Shown here piece by piece: positions 1 through 13,609 of a stretch of 64,000 nucleotides of DNA. The notes under the pieces are model-generated. The model was not told the DNA's origin and did no database searches. It saw nothing but the letters and a program-made list of their open reading frames with translations. A program made the position numbers and the translations under genes. The DNA comes from Chlorokybus atmophyticus (lineage: Eukaryota > Plantae > Mesostigma and Chlorokybus algae), in contig RHPI01002910.1 in NCBI GenBank assembly GCA_009103225.1, positions 442,759-506,758 on the forward strand. The letters run 5' to 3'. Positions within the stretch are counted from its first letter, which is position 1, and every line of letters begins with the position of its first letter.

Positions 1-17
1 GTGTGCGGCCTATCAAT

Positions 18-71
18 TATAGGCGGGCTCATAAACTGCACTGAGCAGTGCGGCCTATGAGCCCGCCTATA
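18..71. repeat. 16-bp perfect inverted repeat (hairpin), possibly a transposon subterminal structure
   Basis: tataggcgggctcata (18-33) and its exact reverse complement tatgagcccgcctata (56-71); gtgcggcctat also occurs twice (3-13, 48-58). Confidence 0.7.
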
Positions 72-1309
72 GCAACTCTTTCATAGGCGGTGCTGGTCAG
101 TGAGGCCTGAGACTTCGACGTCCATACTATGCATGTGAACGGGTATGCCCCCCCTCCTTCTCCTTGAATGACACGCACATGTAAGCATGCGTGCATGCGC
201 CTGCTCCATAACTCACATTTGCCCGGCACGTACAGGATCATGCATGATGGTGCTGGACGGCACGTTGGTGTGTGCGTTATGTATGTGATGGCTGCATTGC
301 GCACAGCTCTGTTCGTACTATACATGTGTACCACGTATGTGCAGACATGTGCCTGCTCAAGTGCAAGCCAGTTGGAAGTTGTGCGCAGCCCAGGTTCGCA
401 AGCTCATGCTCCACTTCCATGCATATCATGTAGCACGTGCTCAGTCACACATACCAAAACACACGCATATGTATGCACACCGTGCAACAGCATATTTCAC
501 TGTCCAACACCCACGCACACATGCGCACCGAGTGAACATGCTTACATGCGCGATCACCGTCGCTGGCAGGCCGCACACGCAGGAGGCGCAGCACTCAGTG
601 AAGATAGCACAAGGCTGAGGCAGCAGGTAAAAAATTAGTGTGATTGCGCGCATGCGTGCTCAACAGCATGTGCTAGTCGCACTGATTCTGCTAGTATCAT
701 TGGCATATTTAAGGGCTAATTGCAATTGCAGCTTATGTTACAAAGAGTTAACGCTATAGTAATGTCGTACTTTTGGTTTACTTGTCAAATCAACGCTGTA
801 CCCTCTTTATTTTACTGTTATTTTTACGTGCATGCGTGGTTGTTGCTTGCTGTTAGCGTTGGGTGATTCACGGCCTGATGGTGTGTATGTGTGGCTTGGG
901 CGTCAGCAGGCCAGCATGCAGGGCCTTGGGAGATTGCATGTGCTTGTGTCCAGGTGCATGCTGTTGATTAAGCTTGCAACTGCGACGGCGGCGTTGGTAG
1001 AAGTTCACGGCCATGCCTACGGGCAAGCGACCGCCAAGCCCTTGGTCATGCTGGCCTGGTCGCTACCAAGCCAGCATGACCAGGCCAGCGGCGTGGCCTG
1101 GCGCTCTTGGTATGCAGCGCCATGCCGCCCGCCAGGCCACCAGCAGCGGCGGCCTAACGGCGGTCAGCTGCTGCGTAATTGCTGCATCTGACCGCAGTTA
1201 GCCGCAAAAGTCTAATTAAAGTTAAATTGTCAACCGCCGGCCAGTCTCTCATGCTGGTCCGGCTGTAGCCGACCAAGAAAGCTGAAAGACCGGTTAGCGC
1301 ACCACACAT

Positions 1310-1610
1310 GGTCCCTACAAACTCATGAAACATTGTAACCAGGCATGGTCCGTACCTACATTGATCATCCAAACGAATTTTACCCAAGGGACCAGTCCTG
1401 GTCCCACTTATATCGGTTTTTGACCGGGACCAGCCCTGGCCCGGTTTTTCGGGGGACCGTGGGACAATTACGTACTGTTGAACCAGCCCTGGTCCCCGCG
1501 TGCAGACCAAGGCGGGGCAGCCCTGGTCCGGACCCCAAGCCGCCCTGGCGTTTTGGCCCTAGTCCGTACGTGAGAACCAGGGCTGGTCCGTGGAAAAAAT
1601 TCCGTGTGTA
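1310..1610. repeat. Array of palindromic ggaccagNNctggtcc-type motifs; MITE-like or non-autonomous DNA transposon subterminal repeats
   Basis: gggaccagtcctggtccc at 1388-1405, with variants near 1424 (cgggaccagccctggcccgg), 1480 (gaaccagccctggtcccc), 1515 (gggcagccctggtccgg) and 1575 (gaaccagggctggtcc); abuts the broken end of a copia protease. Confidence 0.6.
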
Positions 1611-1616
1611 GCACAT

Positions 1617-2870
1617 GCACCTGGCACATATAGTACATCCCTAAGCACAACCTCCTTCACCATACAATCAACCTTGCACCTCAAATTGGCATCTCCCTTT
1701 GCAACAGCTTCCAGCATCTGCCGGTTCCGAAATCCACCATAACTGGCTCACGTAAAGGAGTGAGGTTGGTAAGCTTGCTCCTGTCGCTCGTAAGGTGTCT
1801 GTTTGCTCCCGTATCCAGCACCCACCCAAGATATTCCGCTCCCTCATCCGATGCATGGAAAGCAACCGCTCGCTGCTCACCATCAGCCTTCTTCAACTTG
1901 GGACACTTCATCTTTATGTGACCACGCTCCCCGCAATGCCAACACTCCACGTTGATGCCTTGAATGCCCTTCCTCACATGATGCTTCGATGATGACGCGA
2001 AGGCCACAGCACCTCCAGGTGCTCCCTCTCCATCATCGTCCTCCTTCCTCAAGCGCTGCTCTTCTTGAAGAAGCATTGGTGTTACCCCATCCATTGACAA
2101 GTCCTCCTTCCCAGACTCCAAGATAGTGACAACATCCCAAGATAGTGACAACAACCCTGTACTCTTTGGGCAAACCTGAGAGCACAGCCCACACCACCTT
2201 AACTTCCTTGAGCTCGTGGCCAACACCCAGCAAGTCCTTCCACAACGCCTTCGCTCGCGCCATGAACTTGACAATGGGCTCCCCGCTCTCCTTGTGTAAT
2301 GAGTTGAGCTCCTGCCTCAGCTGCAATCTCCTCGCCATGTTGCGCGACTTGAAGTGGCTATCCAACTTCGTCCAAAGCTGCTATGCACTCTTGCACTCCT
2401 TCACCAGCACCAGGTGATGATCAGCCATATGCAATCCTATCAAAGATAAAGCTTTGCTCCCTTGTGTTGCCCAGACACTCGCTTCGCCTACAGGGACTGC
2501 CTCCGCCGGATCCACATACTTCCACAGCTCCTTCTGGGCCAGTAGTAGCTCCATCTTCACGCTCCATATGTTGTAGTTGTCAACGTTCAGTGGTTGTGAA
2601 CTTCAAGCCGTCCATGCTTGTGGCCGTGGTTGCCCTCTACTACTTGCAGACCTTACAACCTACTCCACACCAAGCAATTACAGCTACTCACACAATCGTA
2701 ACACACTCCATCAACCTACACAAGCATGTGTGGGCCCATAACCTGTTGACATACACACGTGCAAGTGACACGCCAACAACATCAACACAAGAGCATGACT
2801 GCTACTGCCATTAATGCCATGCAAGTCCAGGGGGGTTTTTATACCCCGCCAGTTTCTACACACGTCTACA
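1617..2870 (-). mobile_element. Ty1/copia LTR retrotransposon remnant (5-prime LTR, PBS, gag-protease), truncated
   Basis: Minus strand: LTR end ...tgtcaaca directly followed by PBS ggttatgggccca (2743-2731), typical of copia. ATG at 2615, then LNVDNYNIWSVKMELLLAQKELWKYVDP, UBN2-like gag (LRQELNSLHKESGEPIVKFMARAK), CCHC knuckle CWHCGERGHIKMKC, protease WVLDTGANRHLT and LRDVLYVPG ending at about 1617. Frameshifts present. Outer LTR edge approximate. Confidence 0.9.
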
Positions 2871-3019
2871 TTTGCAAGCACCGCGTGCACAATACTCAGC
2901 CTTTTGACGCGCTCTAAGTTGCGCTGTTTAGCTCACGACCAGAGCTTTCCAACAAGCTAAGCCACGCCTGCTAAGCTTACGTATCCATAAAGCTACACGG
3001 TTTCTCTCAACGCTCTACT

Positions 3020-4191
3020 CAGCATCTGGTCCGGAGTCCGTCTTGGCTCGACCGTCTTGCTAAGTCCGGAGTCCACGTGCTCAGCCCATACCTTCGACTC
3101 CCGACTCCTGTGTGGAGGGCAAGCTGACCGGATACAAGCATCACCCATGTGATACCTTCAACACCTTTTGTCTCCACAACCTCAGGAAACTCTTGCGCCC
3201 GTGCGTTGTTGTCCTCAGGGTAGAAGCCAACTTTCAGATGTGATGAACCCTCATGGAACACCACCTCTCTGCCAGGAGTGGAATCAATCAACGCGGGAGT
3301 TTGCTCGGAGTGGAAGGAACGCGACAACGCAGACGCATCCCAGCTGCTTATGAGCAGCATGTTCAACAGCCACAGATTTACCTCACTGTGCGGGCACGAG
3401 CAACAATGGTGCTAAAAGTGGGGGTGGTCGATGGCAGATGGGATGACCAACATGGCAGGGATCTTAAGGGTTCCTACCATCACCCACGACATAAGAGCGC
3501 GGCTCCTGTGCGCAGTGTATCTCCAGCCCATGCCTCAGAACCATCGCTGGAGTGACGTGGTCAACAATCCAACAGCCACATAGGGAGGTACACTGGTCAA
3601 GGAGGCAGCTCATGCTGTATGCTGGACTTATGTGGAAGAAAAGGCTGCACGGGATGCGGGCCCACAAACACCCGGTCCTCCGAACTTTCCCCAACAGCCA
3701 CTAGCTACGCCGCCAGGTACGACCCCTGCCACACAGAGGCGCAATCCCCCTGCGCCACAACCAGGGCAGCCATAGGCAATACCGCCAGCACCCAGGTCGC
3801 AGCGGATACACCGACAGTCAAGACAAGGACGGTTCGGGCCAGGGCGCAAACAAGGAGGTTTTGAAGACCCAGCCGGTCGAGGGGCGCTTGCCGCACTGCG
3901 CTCAACGCCATCGGAGGAGACTGCAGCAGCAGTCACCCCCCGCAGACGCTACCGATAATTCAAGCGTCTGCGCATCAACGCCAATGCAGCCATGATCGCC
4001 AACAAAGGCATGTCTCTATCATCGGTCGAGCACCCAAGCGTATGATGCTAGACTGTGGAGCCCAGCCTGTCATCATTGGACGTTACCTCGCACGCAACCT
4101 TGGCATCACCAGCGCTAAGCTGATGCCATGCCTACTACGTATTAAGGAATGTCGTCCAGTTAGCTCGACTCCGACAGACAAAGGCATCGAG
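3020..4191 (+). mobile_element. Decayed Ty3/gypsy-like gag-aspartic protease remnant, interrupted by a copia LTR
   Basis: Frame reading HVSIIGRAPKRMMLDCGAQPVIIGRYLARNLGI at about 4005-4110 resembles the retroviral protease LD[ST]GA motif; upstream stop-ridden Pro/Gln-rich gag-like sequence; possible PBS tggtccg near 3028; cut at 4192 by the next LTR. Confidence 0.5.
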
Positions 4192-4564
4192 TGTTAAAAA
4201 ATGGTTAAGTCCTTGTGCACGTTGCAGTTGCAGTAAGAGGACTAATATCGAGCAATTGTGCGACTAGAGCTTGATATCTGCATAGTCCAATGAAGGACGC
4301 TTGAAGACTCTGGACTTGGAGCTCTGGAACAGTCTGGCGAGCAGTCCAGAGCTCTGGTAGAAGTAGCAGAATTTTCTGACTACTTAATTGCTAGAGACAT
4401 TACATAGCTTGTTGGAGAAGCTCTTGAAGTTAGCTACGCGGTGCAACTTAAAGCATCCGATATAGACGCGTGTAGAAGGAAAAGGACCTTCTAGAGTGGA
4501 AGTGTGCAATCTGGTAGAGTATAAAGGCACACGGACTTTGCATGTGTGCACTAGCTTTTGAACA
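4192..4564 (+). repeat. 5-prime LTR of the plus-strand copia element
   Basis: Starts TGTTAAAA and ends TTTTGAACA (terminal inverted repeat); internal TATA-like gtataaa near 4519; followed by PBS-like ggttgtgggcccg (4568-4580). Confidence 0.7.
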
Positions 4565-6160
4565 ATAGGTTGTGGGCCCGCTACACGCGTGAAGAGTGTG
4601 AGTTAGTGAAAGCGTGGTACACTGGTAGCTGTGTTTATAGCATAGTTCTGAGTGTTGACTGGCTGGAGAGACGCGTTCAACCAAGATGGAGACTAGCTAC
4701 GGCAAGGGGCAAATTGCAAAGCTGGACACCGACAACTACAGTACCTGGTGTGTGGAGATGAAGGCGTTGCTGATACACAAGAAACTGTGGAAGTATGTGG
4801 ATCCGAAGGCGACAGCACCACAACTAGGGGAGCACTCTGTTTGGCTTGGGAGTTCATTACAAGCGCATGCCTTGATAGTGTTGAACTGCAAGCCGCATCA
4901 CTTTCCCATGCTGTCTGCATGTGAGCATGGTAAGCAAGCTTGGGAGAAGCTTGCATCCTTGTACCAGGCTAAAACAACGCAAGGAAGGTGACCCTGAAGA
5001 AGCAGCTGAACTCCATTAAAAAAGAGGCAGGAGAACCGGTCACAAAATATGTGGCACGTGCAAGGGATCTCTTGGCGGACCTCACGGCTGTTGATAACAA
5101 AGTGGAGGAGGAGGACGTTGTACTGGCTGTACTTGCAGGACTACCATCTGAGTTTGAAGTGGTCTCTATTCTACTGGAGACGTCGTCATTGATCTCGACC
5201 CTGGACGATGTGCTGCCCAGCTACTCACCGTAAAGCAGAAGACAACAAGGAAGGAGGATCGCGCAGATGCAATGGCTTTCTACAACAAAGGAAAGCCAGG
5301 AGCATACAACAAGCAGGGGAGAACTGGCAATTACAACAAGACCACAAGTCGTGGTGGGAATCCACATAGCAAGCTGACTTGTCATACCTATGTGGAGTGG
5401 TTGGGCATATCAGCAGAAACTGTACCAAGCGGTATCGGGAAGGAGGCGCAAGCACCAGCAATGGGGGCGACAAGGAGAAGTTGGTCGCATTTGCTGCAGC
5501 ATTGAGACGACATCATGCACATGAAGGCTGGGTGATCGACTCTGGCTGCAACAGACACATTACCCCTCATGCGGAGTTGCTGGAGGGCTAAACAAAGCTG
5601 ACTCATCCAATCATGGTGGAAGGCTTTGATGGTCAGGTGCAAGAGGGCGTTGGCATTGGCATAGTCAGATTGCAGTGCCATGTTGGTGACGGTTTGAGGA
5701 AAGTCTTGTTGCGAGAGGTGTTGTACGTTCCTGGGGCTGCTGAAAGTCTGTTAGTGTGTCAACCGCTGAGCGCGTGGGAGCTAGAATTGTGTTCGAGAAG
5801 GGACACTGTGAGGTTTGGCTGGGGTCGTTTGCATGGACGGCACCAAGCACGGGAACTTCTACCTGGTGAACCAACCTCGTCATGCGCAAGCCTATGCGAT
5901 GAAAGAGAAGGAGCCTGCGGAGCTATGGCATCGCCGATTTGGGCACCTGAGGTACGGCAATCTCTCTCGCCTAATCTCTGAAGGCATGGTCGATGGCATA
6001 AAACTAAAAAAGGCGGATTTCGAAACTACATCAGGTGTGCACTGTGAATCATGTGTGATGGCGAAGCAGCATCGCATGCCTTTCCCGTCATCTGCCTCGC
6101 ATAGTCAGCATCCTGATGATTTGGTGCACACGGATGTTCGCGGGCCTATGCGCTCGGAAT
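4192..6160 (+). mobile_element. Ty1/copia LTR retrotransposon, pseudogenised and 3-prime truncated in the integrase
   Basis: ATG 4686 METSYGKGQIAKLDTDNYSTWCVEMKALLIHKKLWKYVDP; gag LKKQLNSIKKEAGEPVTKYV; knuckle CGVVGHISRNC; protease WVIDSGCNRHIT and LREVLYVPG; pre-integrase LWHRRFGHL...CESC; integrase start LVHTDVRGPM at about 6121-6150. Several frameshifts; no RT, RNase H or 3-prime LTR seen. Confidence 0.92.
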
Positions 6161-6969
6161 GGCCTCTTGAGCTCCTTTCAAGGTGTCAATGGCTGCCAAG
6201 GTAACCTTGTCATAGGCTTGCCGTAAAGAGCAAAGGAAGGCGTCCAACTATAACAATATAGTGCTAAATGCGAACAGAGGGACTGCGGGGTAATTAGTGA
6301 CTAGCCAAGTCACTAGGCTTGCTCGCGCTGCATTGCCACCTTCTCGCATCCCCAACATCCGTCTCAGGCCGAGGCCTTCTTATCGATGTAGCATGGTTGC
6401 TTGTCGCAATAGGGCAATGCGAACTTGCTGTTCTCCAACTGAGCCTGCTCCATCCCGTTGTGTACACCCTTGTGGTGTAAGGTAGCTTCTCCCTGGATCT
6501 CGTTGATTATCAGGCAAGTCTTCCACCAAAGCGGGTAGCAACGGGGCGATCACCCCCTGGTTTGTTGGACCAGCGCCCTCGCTTGGTCAATGTCGGGCGC
6601 AACGGCGAGAGGTGTCGCGCTGGACAATGGGCCAGCGATTGTTGGTTGAGGAAGGGAAGCGCGAGCAGCAGCAAGGGCTTGCGCTCTTGCGTTAATGGCT
6701 GCAATTTGGTCCTGTCGCCAGGTGAGCACTTATTTTAGAGCAGTGTAGCGCTCGTGAAACCGAATGGTACCGAGGGGTCTCAGTGCTTCGCCGTCACCCA
6801 AAGGCATGTCGGCTACATCATCGATGTGCTGCTGCACATTGGGTTGCCGGTCTCAATACGTGTCTAGTGGACTTGGCTCGAAAGGCTCGTATCGGACTGC
6901 CAGTGGTGTCGACCAGTGGCGCGGTCTGCATGTTGTTATGCAGAGTTCAAAACAGCTGTAAGGCCAACT

Positions 6970-9063
6970 TTAATACAACAGGTGTTCTAACCACAAAACG
7001 CGGTCTCGCATGGGAGGCGCCGTGCCGGCGAGGATCTCATCGTTCAGTTGCCGCTGAGTCTGCTCTGGCAGGGTGTGATATCCAGGCAATGGGAAGACGT
7101 AATTACTGCATTCAACGCGCGTTGTGCGCTCTCCTCCTCGCCCCAAAGCAATGGTAGTGGAATCTGCTCCACGCATGATGGTCTCCCATGCGCGCTCAGC
7201 TTGCTGACCTCGCGGGACAGCCTGAGTGACGTCGAGGACGGGCAATATAGCTGCGCGTGTCGCTGCAGTGGCAGCGGACTCGACGATGGCACTGGCAGTG
7301 GTGGCGATAGTGCCGCTCAGTGGCGCGAGAGTGGTCTTAACGCTCGCTGACAGAAGTGGTCCTACAGCTGGAGCGGGATCGGTGCGATCTACTGCTGCAG
7401 AGTTGGTGACAATAGTGGCTGCCGCCATTGTGCTCACTAGTGTTGGCGTCACTGTGCCCACTGATGTACCAACTCCTGGTGCAACTTGAGTACTTGCTGC
7501 TGACGTTGACGGAGTCGATGTCGTAGCCGGTGTGGCTGTTGCTGCTGACGCAGCACCACAAATGGCTTCAGAGGATGTAGCTGCTGATGATGTTGCGGCT
7601 TTCCCTTGATGAGCTTGTCGGGATGGTTGAACGCGTGACGGAATACTCGTGTCTCTCGTGCGCTTCGGAGTCATTAGTGCCCATCGGGCAGAGTAGCAGG
7701 CGCGATAGTCCTGCTCCTTGTTCCCCTAAGCGTGCCATACGCGCCATAAAAGCAACAATATGGTCATCAGCTGGCGGGTTGGCTGGAGCCTTGGCGGCAA
7801 CAGCCGCAGCGCGCGGACGTCCTTTCAGTTCATTGCGCTGAGGAGGACGATTCTTCCCCCTGTAGACTTGCATTGCCCTGCAAGCGTTGGCGTAGTTGTT
7901 GTTGTTATTATGGCCTCCGGTGTGGTTGCTATTGTAGCCACCAGAGTTGTTGCCGTTGTGGCCTCCAGTGTTGTTGATGTTGAAGTCACCAGAGTTGTTG
8001 CCGTTGTAGCTGTTAGCAGGTCTCTCAACTCAGGGAACTTGAGCCAGCAGACTGACTCCAAGTGGCCCGTCTTGTGACAGTAGTTGCAGACTAGGGTTGA
8101 GTACTCTTTGGTGCACTCCTTGTGGTAGTGCCCATGCCGTCCACAGCGATGACACAGCACAGGGGCAGGCAAAGCAGTATGAGCTGACCGTTTCCCTTTG
8201 TCGTGCGCTGGTGGAGCGTCCCGGCCGTTCGCGGCGAGGAAGCTCAGTAGTTGTGCTGGCCACAGGCAGTGAGGCACTGCGGTTGGTGTCCAGCATTGCC
8301 TTCTTGTACACCAGGCGCTTATGGATGGCCTGTGCAATCTCAAAAGCTTCCTTGAGCGTGTAGCCAAGGGGCCTGCTGTTGTACAGGGTCAGGCGCGTCG
8401 ACTCGCTCGGGGTGGCATCCAACTCGTTGACATACACCACTGCAGCAGCCTCATCACTGACGATCTTGTAGTCAGTGTTCTTCAACAGCCCTTCTTGTCT
8501 GGAGTACAGGCGTAGAGGGTCCTCGTTGGGCTTGCGTCGGAACCGTCTCAGCTCCTCCACTTTGCTGGTGGTTTGAGGTGGAAGGTGCAACGCAGTGCAA
8601 CGTATAGGTCCTTAAGTGGAGAGTCAGAGATGGCAGCACCTACAGTAATGGCTGGTGCGCGCAGTGCAACTGACCCGAGGGTGAAAGCACTGCCTCCCGC
8701 ACGAAAGCCAGGTGTTGCCAAAGGTAGAGGTGTGCCCACACCAACGACTGCAGCTCGTTGTTCTTCAAGGATAGCAGCAGAACGATCTAGGATCCGGGCC
8801 CATCGTGCGGCCGTCTTGGTCTCAATCTCTGCGGCGGTCAAGTTGACAATCACCAACTTAGGCTCCTCCTCCCCTGCCCTATCGATGGCTGCAACTATGG
8901 ACAAGCCGGTGACTGCAGCGGGAGTGGCAGGTGGAAAGACGGCTGCTGGACTGTGCAGTGATGCAGGTGCTATGGTGCTGGCGAGCTCACCATAGCCATC
9001 AACTCGATGCAATTCAGCAACAGACATCGTGCGCTTCATGGTCCAGATACTAAGCAACAACAT
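6970..9063 (-). mobile_element. Retroelement gag-like pseudogene with two CCHC zinc knuckles and a Thr/Ala-rich tail
   Basis: Capsid-like EELRRFRRKPNEDPLRLYSRQEGLL...YTLKEAFEIAQAI (8590-8300), followed after a frameshift by CHRCGRHGHYHKEC and CNYCHKTGHLESVC (about 8155-8065); low-complexity T/A/S-rich continuation to the stop at 6970; no pol motif recognised. Confidence 0.7.
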
Positions 9064-12000
9064 AAAAAATTATCTCATCTGACCAGTCTTTGTTCTTTAG
9101 AGCCTGCTGTTGCATCTTGGAATGGAACTTGCTGATAAATTCGTCCAGCAAGGTAGTGCCAGCACGTCCGGAGAAGCGCAGGGACGTGGTTGAGCTGAAA
9201 GACTCCATCTCGTAGTCGTCACTGTCGGACGAGAGTGGGGATGCTCGATGCCGTGGAGTGGACAGGTACGGAGTGAAGTCAGAGACAGCACGTGAGCCTC
9301 TGCTGCTACGATCGTTGCTCTCATCGCTGGTCCGCTCGTAGGTGAGGTTGGAGGTTGGGCTCTAGCTGTTGAGGTCACCCTCGTCTATTGGAGAGAACGG
9401 AGTGGGCATGTTCATACAGCTAGTCCAAAGGTGAAAGTGTATGCAGGGTAGAGTGTTTGTGCTCTACCGCCTGTCTCGATGCCGCTACCACTCACCATAC
9501 TAGTGCTTATGTGCGCGCTATGCAATGACAGTGATAACAAATGCCCAGGGATGTGTCCCCAGATACTGACGGCACTATCAAATGCAGAATGCAACGCACT
9601 CACTTGAGCAAAGAGGGTGACACTGTGAGTCAACAAGCCACTACTATAGGTAGTGCTGTTTTTACAGTTCTTTGCATGAGCGGAAAATGTGTTACACTGT
9701 TAAGTGAGGTGAATGAGCAAGCAACACGTGGATACTATGCCCTGACCAATGCCAACAAGCACACTGCAACCAGGCACACCAGGCTCACAGCGATGACAAG
9801 CACGATGCACACACGAGCATGCACAGGCCCTCACACAGTGAGGGGGTTCTTGGTAACCGGGATGGCGTGTTCGTAGTTCAAGTCGTTTCACAAGCTCTTA
9901 GCTTTCTCACTCACAGTGTCACCAGCTGATCCGGTGAACGCTATGACTACTTATACAAGTCAAATCATGATTATTAAGAACATAAGCTAACGGTCATATC
10001 GAGACTATTTCCACAGCGATTGTCACTCGATACGGAACACAACTTATAACTGAACTCACAACTGAACAGCTACGCGCGGTGCCTATGTAGGCTATGATCG
10101 TGAGCTACCCTGAAGTCATGACCTAGCTACTGGTCAGGGACACGCGCGCATTGGTATGTTAGTAGGCCGGGCGACGGTTTTGATGTAGCCATGCCCAATG
10201 AAGGCTGGTATGTGTGGGCACTAGGCATGACAATGCAAGGAACTGCAAAAGCAGCACTACCTCTGATAGTGGCTTGTTGACTTGCTCTCGTTGACATTGT
10301 CAGCAACGCATATCAGTGTGAAGGGCACACGACACCAGAGCGTATTAATTGTTGACATGCTTGCAAGTGATTGTAAGTCGTAGTTGACATGCTTGCAACT
10401 CTTGTGTGTTATGATGATTTGCCCGCCTTGGGCAGCATTTCACAACGATTGTTGATTAGTCTGCTGCAATGTGTAAAATGTGATGCGTTGCGCTATTCGT
10501 ACCTTGGATGTGGCGTGGTTCTTGCTCTTCAATTGCCTATTGTAATATATGCTCGATTTGCTAGTGTGAGTTAAGCATTAGCTCACTTAACAGAGTTGTT
10601 GATGTGCTATTCAATGCTGCACTTCTCAGTGATGCGATTATCTATCACGCATGTGGCATCTCACACATGTGGCAGCTTGAATGTGCTGTGATGGAACAAA
10701 ACAAGTGTACAAAAGGAATATGGTATTGTTCTGCTAAAGCTATCACATGCATGGGTGTGACACATGCGTGCAGCAGCAAGCACACGCTCCACACATCAAC
10801 ACTTACACTTTTGCCAGTGTACAACCACCGAGTTTATGCACATTACCACCTTCACTACACTACCACTATTTCGCCTACCCTGTTACAGATGCATGCACAC
10901 GTGTTAGTTTGTATTTACCTGCCCACAAGGGTCTGTATCAATGGAGTCTTGCATCCATAATATTGCGCCCATTGCGCGCGCACCTGTGCGTGCTTAAAGT
11001 TATGTGCATGATGTGATTTGCAATTTTCTTGTCTCGGCACTAGCGCGCAGGCTGCGCCACTTAGAATACAATTATACACAATCTGACAATTTCAAGTTGC
11101 GCAGCATGCCGCTACTACTTTCACCAGCCGCTGCATGGACATCATGAACGGATAAACATTACAACGTTGTAGTATCAGCGTGTGAGCTTCACGTCGCACA
11201 TGGCAACGAGGCTCAAGGACGAAATGCTGGAGGCATACGGCCCAAACTCATGCCATGTGTGTGGCAAACAAGTACAGCTTGGAAAATTGTGCGCAAAATG
11301 TTGAGCGCTTGACATTTAATCCAAGCATCTACAGCTAGTAATTATCTTGTGTACACAAAGTGAATTTGCTCTTGGGTTGATGTTGGGTCCAATGATAACA
11401 ACGTACTTGCGCACAGGTCGTATATGCATGGGGCCAAGGCACCTAAAGCCTTTAACTGAGTTAAATCACAGTTGATAATGTGCAAACCCATGCCGAACAC
11501 AAACATTGCAAAGAAGGAAAAGTATGAAAGGTTCTTCAAGTTAATGTAAAATCCTATGTCATCCAATGACCTTGCAAGGGTTACATAATCATTTGCCCCT
11601 TGATCGGATGCGTTTCCGGTTTTGTGTAGTAAAGGAACCAACTTTATTATTGCTTTTGTTACTGAAATTTAGATTGAGATGCACACAACTATTGCGTAAT
11701 CAAGACCCGCTACTCACATGAAACATAACATTGCAACTATATATAAACCATAATTAATGAAAATTGTATTTGCTTAACACATGAAGACCTACTGGGCAGC
11801 TGGTGGACACATAACTTTCCCTGCAGCACGCCATTTTTCCAGGCAGCTTTCATTGGGGAAATAAGGGTCGACACGCAGAGCGGCCAAGTAAGCATGGTTA
11901 TGGTATCATTCAATATTGAAATTGTGATTTGCATACCATTAACCAACTTTTCACCACGCCGTTTTTCATGCCCCAACCTTCACTTTTTCCCTTTACCTGG

Positions 12001-13609
12001 AATCTTATATGTCCCCAAATCAGCTGTTGGTCTTCATGTGTGAAACTGTGAACACACATAAATTGACCGCTTGTGTCAAGCGAGCATGCTTACGCAACTA
12101 AACTTGGGTGATATGACACTTGTACTAGGTTTCTAAACATTCCAAATGATGAAGAATGCAACACATGCATGCAATTTTAATCACACCCGATAGAGCGACA
12201 ATTTACACAACCACAATTGTGGCTTAATATTTACCACCAGGGGGTGCCATGCCGCGCGCAATAAGACAATCGTACATCTTCACAATGACATAGCCCTTAG
12301 CAAGTCCGTTGACCACAATTCAACTTAAAGTACTATTTCACATAATGTGAGCTCAACTCTATATAGCTGATGACCAAGTAGGTAACAATGCCTTCGGAGC
12401 AACGCCATACGCATAATGCGTGTCGATACGTGAGGGCTACGTCGGGGCCCCCACATGGGTGTTTGTGGGTGTGGGGGTGGGGGGGTGGGGGGGGGAGGGC
12501 CCCTCCCCTGGCCGGAGGGGGCAGCTGGCAGGTGTGGTGTGTAAATGAGCTGGACACGTTAAGTGTGCATGCTCTTGGTAAACCAAACATGCTACTGTAA
12601 TAAACTTGGCACTGACCAAATTTAAGGGCAAATGTGCCCTTAAAGTGCATGACATAATACTGGTAGCAACATGTTAGCATGCATATAAACAAAAGCATCA
12701 TTATAAACTATGGATTGTAAGCATACATGCTTGAAAAAGGGAGAAAACCATTTAATGGGATGAAATGTTGCAATATGTATAAAACACCACAAACTTATGT
12801 GAAACATACATGCATATCTTTCATGATTTATACTTTGAATGTTTCTTGCAGGAAAAGCTTGTTATCATGCTGCTAAATGACTTGGTGCATAACTGATCTA
12901 ACATGGCAGAAGCAATCATCCAAATAACCATCAGCTGCAACTGTGTAACATTTATAAAAGCTTGGAGCTCAAGGTTGCATACACAGGCGGGCCGCACTTT
13001 ATATCCCGCACCAGCAACTAAAATTTGCGGTGCTATGTTTGAGTGATTATGAGATTGGGGGTACATTCTATGCAACACAGAAGTTCAAACGTGCATGCAT
13101 AATACATACATACAACTGTTACAAGCATACATACACAATCATTAACCCTCACCGGGCTATATGCATACACAAATACTACCTACCTTTACTACCACCCTAC
13201 ACCCCATTAGACATGCATGAACATTTACGTGCCCACATGGGCTGATGTTTGTATTCTTTGGGTTGGTGTGGCAAGCATGCTTCTTAACCATTTATAAGGG
13301 TGAGGGTAAAGGAAGGCCCCGGGGTGGGTGAGGGGTAACCACAACAGGGGTGGGGTAACCACAACATCCTACAGATTGAGACCAGCCCCACTGCTTCGAC
13401 CTAGCAATACCTTGTCGTGCGCATGCTATGTAGCACAAGCAGTGGGTGGGGCACTCGAAAAGAGGATGGCGAGTCAAATATCTCTCATGTTAGCGCAAGC
13501 AAACTTCCATGTTTAGTATACAAAACTACCTTGATCACTTCTACAGCTGAAGCACTTTATGGCAACTCTAGCTGTGACATGCTATCACAACGTCCAACCA
13601 CGATGGCGT

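Noticed and set aside
11200-11304. Short ORF MATRLKDEMLEAYGPNSCHVCGKQVQLGKLCAKC with a C2C2 pattern
   Set aside because: Only 34 aa, with no supporting exons or recognisable family
11342-12060. AT-rich minus-strand ORF fragments that might be a decayed transposase
   Set aside because: No catalytic or family motif recognised
12465-13365. G-rich tracts (12465-12520, 13305-13360) with G-quadruplex potential
   Set aside because: Similar G/C runs recur in introns and at gaps across the window; no specific functional context
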